DNA of 64,000 bases from Felis catus (taxonomy: Eukaryota), in contig NC_058368.1 of NCBI RefSeq assembly GCF_018350175.1, positions 81,160,001-81,224,000 on the forward strand, in the 5' to 3' direction. Below, in pieces: positions 58,151 through 64,000 of this stretch. Numbering within the stretch: position 1 is the first letter of the stretch; each line of letters begins with the position of its first letter. A program made the position numbers and the translations under genes. Under the pieces are notes generated by a model. That model did not search any database, had not been told where the DNA came from, and was given only the letters and a program-made list of their open reading frames with translations.

Positions 58151-59564
58151 TGTGTCGCTGCGTGCGGAAGCCAGCGCGCCCGGACCCGGGACATCCACAA
58201 CAGCAGTTAGCAAACCAGCCGATGTGTCGGGGTTGGCAAGTCAACGGCTCCCGGAGAACCGTGTGTTACGGAGCTCGCCCGCACCGAGGGAGGCGCTGGA
58301 AGAAGGGCCCTCGCGTCCGTGGCTTTGGTTGTCTGGGGTCCTGAGACCATAGCCAAGTAAGATACCACTTTGTCTCAAAAAGTAGGGGATTTTGCTCCGT
58401 GCTGTGAGGATAGCAGCGTCACAGGGAGGGTGACGGCCACCTCCCGCATTGTGGCCGAGTCCTTGTAACCCCCAGGAAGCCCGTCTTCACTTGCAGGATG
58501 TCGTGGGCTTCTTCCAAATTCTGTCTCCTCTCCTGCCGTCACCATAGCAACCTACATCCTGTGGTGTGCCCAGGGACACTCTCAGAGCAGCTAGGAGGGG
58601 GAGTCTTAGCCCTGAATCTCTCCTTACATAACTGATTTTATTTCTTCTGGGGAACATTTGGACTCATGTGACATTTTAGCAGACACGAGTAACAGTGAAA
58701 GGCCTCTGGATGTGTTGGCTCCCCGTGACATCCTGATGGTCTGTATTTGTTGGAGTCCTCCCCTACGGGTAGCATGAAAAGATCAGGAGAACCCAAAACT
58801 ATCTGTGTGCTGCATGGGAATGACAGAGGAACACAGGTGCGGGCGCGTGCTCTAGGACGAGATGGGGACCCTCACCCGGCAGCCAGGGCGGGCTTGTGCG
58901 CGAGCTCCGTGGCGCTTCCCCAGGCACAGGTGGGGCCCCTCCACCTGCACGGGCATTTAAGAGAAACAAACCACAGCCTCCCTCTCCTGAGGGGACAAAC
59001 GAGGGTACGGTGTGGGTGTGCTCACCAGAGCACGTGCAAGAGTGACCCGACGGATTTGTGAAGGCAGATTGCTGGCCGTGCCCCGGCGCTCCTGACTCAG
59101 TGCAGCTGGCCTGGGAGAGGTCTCCTCTCCATGATATTATGGAGATATAGGGTCCCCCAGACAGAGCCCCGCTGGCTTCAAGAACAGCACTAGGATCTCA
59201 GTCTGATCCCACCACCTATTGACCCTGGGGTGGAGCCGCCTTTCTATCTGCACCACCCCCCCCCCAAACTGACAGCCTCTTATTTAGAAGGAGCAGTGAG
59301 ATCAGTCACCTAGAAGGAAAGGAAGAGGGCATCTTCCCGGAGCCCGGTTCCTCTCCAGAAACCAGTTTATGAACCAGTTGCCAGAGATCCCCGGACTGAG
59401 GGATTTATTTGATCCAACCCACTAAATATGCATTCAGGGTCCATTCCGCAGGAAAGATTCTGAAGTAAGACCTCTCTTCAAAGGACTCACCTGTTGAGAA
59501 TGCCCATGACCAAATCCAGCCCAGGAGCTTCCCTCCGTGGCGAAGATTTACACGTGGGGGATAG

Positions 59565-59752
59565 TATTTTATTTTGTTAATGTTTATTTTTGAGAGAGAG
59601 AGAGAGAGCACGTGAACGGGGAGGGACAGGGAGTGGGGGACAGAGGCTCTGTGCTGTTAGCACATGCTTGACACAGGGCTCGGACTCGCGGACCACAAGA
59701 TAGTGACCTGAGCCGAAGTCAGTTGCTTAACCGACTGAGCCACCAGGCGCCC
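59565..59752 (-). mobile_element. Can-SINE with internal deletion
   Basis: Antisense SINE ending ccgactgagccaccaggcgccc. Part of the middle region is missing. Confidence 0.9.
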
Positions 59753-60413
59753 TGACACTTGGGGCTAATATCTTACACAATGTCAGTCTTTGCCTTTAAG
59801 TCTATCACAGGTGTAGTAGGAAAGCGAATAACTATACTTTCCTCCCATTTTGTTCCAAAAACAAAATAATCGTTCTATTCCTGAGCTCACACAGGCCAGG
59901 TTCTCTTCAGATCAAAGACATTCCGTCAATATTCAAAGTAGCCAGAAAGGTGTGAACCATAAAAATAAGCAATGTTTCTGGAAGTCGCGGGGGTGGAGGA
60001 AGGCAGAGGAGACCCCCACTTTGGGATCGGAAGTACTATCTTGTATTTTGCACGTCATTGGAAACAGGTGCGGCGTAAGAGATGCCAAAAGATGATTGTG
60101 GAAGCGGGCGATTTCTGACGGTACTGGGATAACCAGACGACCGCTGGTCATGCAAAGTCCCGCTGCGCCCCCCCCCCCACTCCCATGCGTTACTCACACA
60201 GGGGTGCTGAACTGCTGGCGGATGTGCGGGGCGGGGGGTGTTCTATGGGTGGGGTTCTTCTTACTGCGGTGGCTCGGACGGCCGCTCCCAGCCACAGAGG
60301 ACGGGACCTGTCTTCCCAACAGCTGTTGCTTAGACCTCCCAGGGTCACTAAATTGTGCAAACTTGTCCTGCGTGTCCCCCAGGCTTCATTTCTGCTGTGT
60401 CTGCAGGCCAGCG

Positions 60414-60482
60414 CCTGCCTGCCTTTCTGCCTGCCTTCCTTCCTGCCTTCCTTCCTGCCTGCCTGCCTTTCTTCCTTCCTTC
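60414..60482. repeat. (CCTG/CCTT)n microsatellite
   Basis: Seen directly. Confidence 0.9.
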
Positions 60483-61669
60483 AGCATTTAACATATTTAT
60501 CAAGACACTGGTTTAAAACATTTAGTAAATAGACTTTCACAAAGGCAGGAGATGCGGTTGAGGCCTTGCCAGCCCCCAGCCCCGCGCCCATCTCAGCCAG
60601 TGCCCGCATCCTGGCTTCACACCTAAACCTAGACCTGAGTCCCTCGTTCCCAGTCTTTTCTAGAACATGTCCCTGGACGTGCCTTCCCCACCTCCACCTC
60701 AATATGCCACAGTTCATTTCGCTTGCCAGTTTGCCTTTTCGCCCGGGCCTCATTAGCACATCAGTCAGTGGGGGCTGCCCTCTGCCAGTCGGGGAAGCAG
60801 GAGGAGGCCCAGGACGTACACCGACCTCTCCACCTTGAGGGAGGAGAGGGCGCACACACAAGTGGTGTGACGGCCAAGGGGCGACCCCCACGATGGTGTG
60901 GGCCGCAGAGGAGGAAGAGCCCAGTGTGAGCACGGACAAGTGGGAAGGGTCCAGGGACAGTGAGTCCCCCAGGCCCGGGCGATCTGGGGGCGGGGGTCAC
61001 ATGTCAGCTTTGAGGTCCCCGGAGAGGAATGTAACCAGGCAATTGAGCAAAACTCCTCAAGTTTCAGAAGGATTTCCAGAACAATTTGCCACCTGGAAAT
61101 GAAATCGGACCAGCATGAAGACCGCTGTGAAATGTCAGGGCACAAGCTGGTTTCCCGGGGTGCAGGGGTGAGGGGAAAGGGGGCTGAGCCGCCCCCACAT
61201 CCCTGCAGGCTCAGCAGACGTGCAGCGGCCGCCCTGTGCTGTGCGCCTCCCTCCCCTCTCTGCGCCCATGGGGGCCCCCTCTCCCGGCCTAGGCTGTCCT
61301 GTTCACACCTCCTTCATGGCCCCCGGCCCCCAACTTTCCAGGTCAGCTCAAGGGGCACGGCTGTTCTTTCTCATGTTCAGTGGCTATAGCTTCTCCTCTA
61401 TCAATAATTTTAAAAGTAAGTGACTGGATTGTTCTATATTTGTATTTCTAAGAAAAGAAATCGAAGCCATGTAGGTTTATTGTTTGTTGCTGTAGCCTGT
61501 GAGCCGCCCCGTGCCCGCTAGAGCCGCTTCCTGGCTTCCCCTCAGCTAATGCCAGTTTGGGGAGCCCCCGCTGTGCCACCGCGGCTCCTGTGACGTGTGC
61601 GGTGCGTGTGGATGTGGTATCCTTGGGGACGGTAGTCCTGGCAGGCGACCTGCTTGCCGAGCACCGTTC

Positions 61670-61800
61670 TGAGCACTTGACATGTATTGTCACAGCCCCG
61701 GGAAGGAAGTACCAGGAAGCACCCATTTTACAGATGGGGAAATTGAGGTCAGCTTTCCTAAGTTCATACAGACCGAAGATTTGACTGGTACTTCCATAAT
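61670..61800 (-). mobile_element. MIR fragment
   Basis: 'cccattttacagatggggaaattgagg' MIR core. Confidence 0.65.
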
Positions 61801-62641
61801 ACTATCCGATTATGTACGTGTTAACACCTCCACCCCTTTGTGATGCTGACTTCACAGATGGGTCCATCCCAGGGAGCATTTGCAGAAGTAGGAATTCTGA
61901 GCCCGGCCTGGGGCCCGGGCCCTCTCATCCACCAAGAACAGCTCTCATACAGCGTGGAGAGTGGCATAGCGAGGGACCCCTTTCCTTGGTGAGGCACCGA
62001 GGCCCGGGGCTGTCTGGGTCCCTCGTCCTTCCCACCCCGGGGCCCATCGGAGCTGCCTGCCTCCCCGCCACCTGCTCCCTCCTGCCTGGTACCATCAGGT
62101 GACCACGCAGAGCTGTCTGACAGGAGCCGCCGGCATTTTCTAAGGTAAGCAGGTGCAGGAGGAAAAAGGGCCACGCTTCTTAGGAAGTCAGACAGCCGTG
62201 CAGCACACAGAGGCAGGCGGCTGCTCTCAAAGCCGCAAATCAGGTCCTTTCATTTGTGTAGAATGGATCGATTTTGAATGCACACCTTGAAATTGCTGGT
62301 TATAGAATTTGGTACATTTGACTGTAGTATAATTGTCCAAGGCTGTGCTATCCCAATCCCAACCCCGGGTGACAAGCTCACGCTCTGGTCTGATTCTTCC
62401 GGAGTCATCACCTGGTGTCCCAGGAAGCGCGTTTTGTAGGAGATGCCATTTCTGCTTCTGTTTCCAGCATATGAGTGACACTCTTGGGGTGCCTTTGTTT
62501 TCCTGAGACATTACCTACCTGCCATGGGCTACTGCTTCGGATTTTTCACAATGGATTTTCATCTGTGCGTTCGTGCTCTTTCCTGCTGACTTCTGCTCAG
62601 CTGAACCCTGCAAACGAAACAGTGCAAGTAGTCCCATGCCG

Positions 62642-62737
62642 AAGCACCCACTCTCCTCTGTCTCCAGTTTTAAGCACTCCTTCAGACTCAAGCACCCGCT
62701 CTCCTCTGTCTCCAGTTTTAAGCGCTCCTTCAGACTC
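62642..62737. repeat. 48-bp tandem duplication x2
   Basis: aagcacccRctctcctctgtctccagttttaagcRctccttcagactc repeated with two A/G differences. Confidence 0.95.
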
Positions 62738-63668
62738 TGGCTTCTCTGTGAGAAGCAGCATCGGGCACAGAGGAGAGGAAGATGTTGGTGTCACGGCCTC
62801 ACACAGAGGGGCCCTGACCTTGTCCCCCCATAACCCCGAGTCCAGGCTGCAGCCGAGGAAGGCTGTCCCCAGAGGTGACCCACTAGCGGGAGGTGTGGGA
62901 CAGCGCCCCGCTCCACTATGAATGTTGCCATTCCTAGAAAACGAAGAAGGGCCATCTCAGGAAGGGCGTGTGGTGTCGCGGCCATCTAAGCCTGGCATGA
63001 ACTAGGGGACCCAGTCCCTTCCAACAGCCCAGGTCAGCCTGCCCCGCCTCAACGCCAGGAGGGCTCCCCGCATGTGGGCCACCGAGGAGCAGGCGTCTGA
63101 GCCTGGCATGCCGGCTCCAGGGACAGAGCTCAGTCTGATTAAACTCAAACGCATAGTCCCCGTGGCTCTGGCCCTGTGGGCCACGACTGATCCCCACCTA
63201 CGTCACAGGAAGCCGCCCCTTCCGCCTAGAGTTCAGTCCCATTTGCTTCATAGAAGGCTCTATGTTCGAAAGAAAGGAAGAAAAAAGCTATTGAGAAGGA
63301 GGAGGGGAGAAGGGAGGAAAGACAGAGAAAAGAAGGAAGCAGGGGGGAGAGGACAGAGCGAGAAAGGAAAATTCTTTCACTAATGGTCTCTTGTTAAAGT
63401 AAGTTAAGAAGAGTGGTGAAAGGCCACATGAGATAGGCCTGTTCCCGTGTCACCACTGGTTTTGACTTTTGTTGTGAACTACAGCCCTCCACGGCTCAGA
63501 CAGCTGTGAACAGCAGGTGTCCCTGTCCGTGCCTCTGACCTCTCCCCTTTGGGTGCACACGTCTGTCACATTGATTCCTCTCTCTGAACCCAACACGGTT
63601 ACATTTTTCACAGAGAAAATGTGGATTATAAGATCCTCCAGATAAGTAATACAATTAAAAACACAGCA

Positions 63669-63885
63669 GGGGCGCCTGGGTGGCTCAGTCGGTTAAGCGG
63701 CCGACTTCGGCTCAGGTCATGATCTCGCGGTCCGTGAGTTCAAGCCCCGCATCGGGTTCTGTGCTGACAGCTCAGAGCCTGGAGCCTGTTTCAGATTCTG
63801 TGTCTCCCTCTCTCTGACCCTCCCCCATTCATGCTCTGTCTCTCTCTGTCTCAAAAATAAATAAACGTTAAAAAAAAATTTTAAA
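63669..63885 (+). mobile_element. Can-SINE (young)
   Basis: Near-consensus copy. TSD aaaaacacagca at 63657-63668 and 63886-63897. Confidence 0.96.
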
Positions 63886-63900
63886 AAAAACACAGCAAAA

Positions 63901-64000
63901 GGGGTGCCTGGGGGGCTCAGTCAGTTAAGCGTCTGACTCCTGATCCCAGCTCAGGTAACGATCTCATGGTTTGTGAGTTCAAGCCTGGCATCGCTCTCTG
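63901..64000 (+). mobile_element. Can-SINE head, cut by the window edge
   Basis: ggggtgcctgggggggctcagtcagttaagcgtctgactcc... Confidence 0.9.

Overview
Mammalian nuclear DNA, almost certainly a felid (cat family), judging from about 25 tRNA-derived Can-SINE copies. Several of these match the feliform SINEC_Fc pattern and carry intact target-site duplications (TSDs). I cannot recognise any protein-coding gene, RNA gene or CRISPR array. The ORF track is explained by GC-rich non-coding DNA, SINE read-through and decayed L1/ERV coding fragments. The window reads as intergenic or deep-intronic sequence built from Can-SINEs, old L1 fragments, MIR/L2, MaLR/ERVL LTRs and hAT MITEs. It is lower in GC and L1-rich up to about 38.6 kb and markedly GC-richer afterwards. 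Best observations: (1) a heavily decayed class III (ERV-L-like) pol region on the minus strand at about 45.9-47.8 kb with protease, RT, RNase H and integrase motifs in order; (2) a young solo ERV1-type LTR at 49550-50317 with intact CCAAT/TATA/polyA signals, no TSD and an apparently foreign ~340-bp block in U3; (3) three repeat-free AT-rich islands dense in homeodomain-type motifs (candidate conserved developmental enhancers); (4) a SINE trimer within a single TSD, head-to-head with an inverted SINE; (5) a few + strand exon-like segments that could belong to an unannotated transcript. I found no solid evidence for a previously undescribed biological system. Repeat family names come from recalled consensus similarity, not from a database search, and boundaries of old repeats are approximate.
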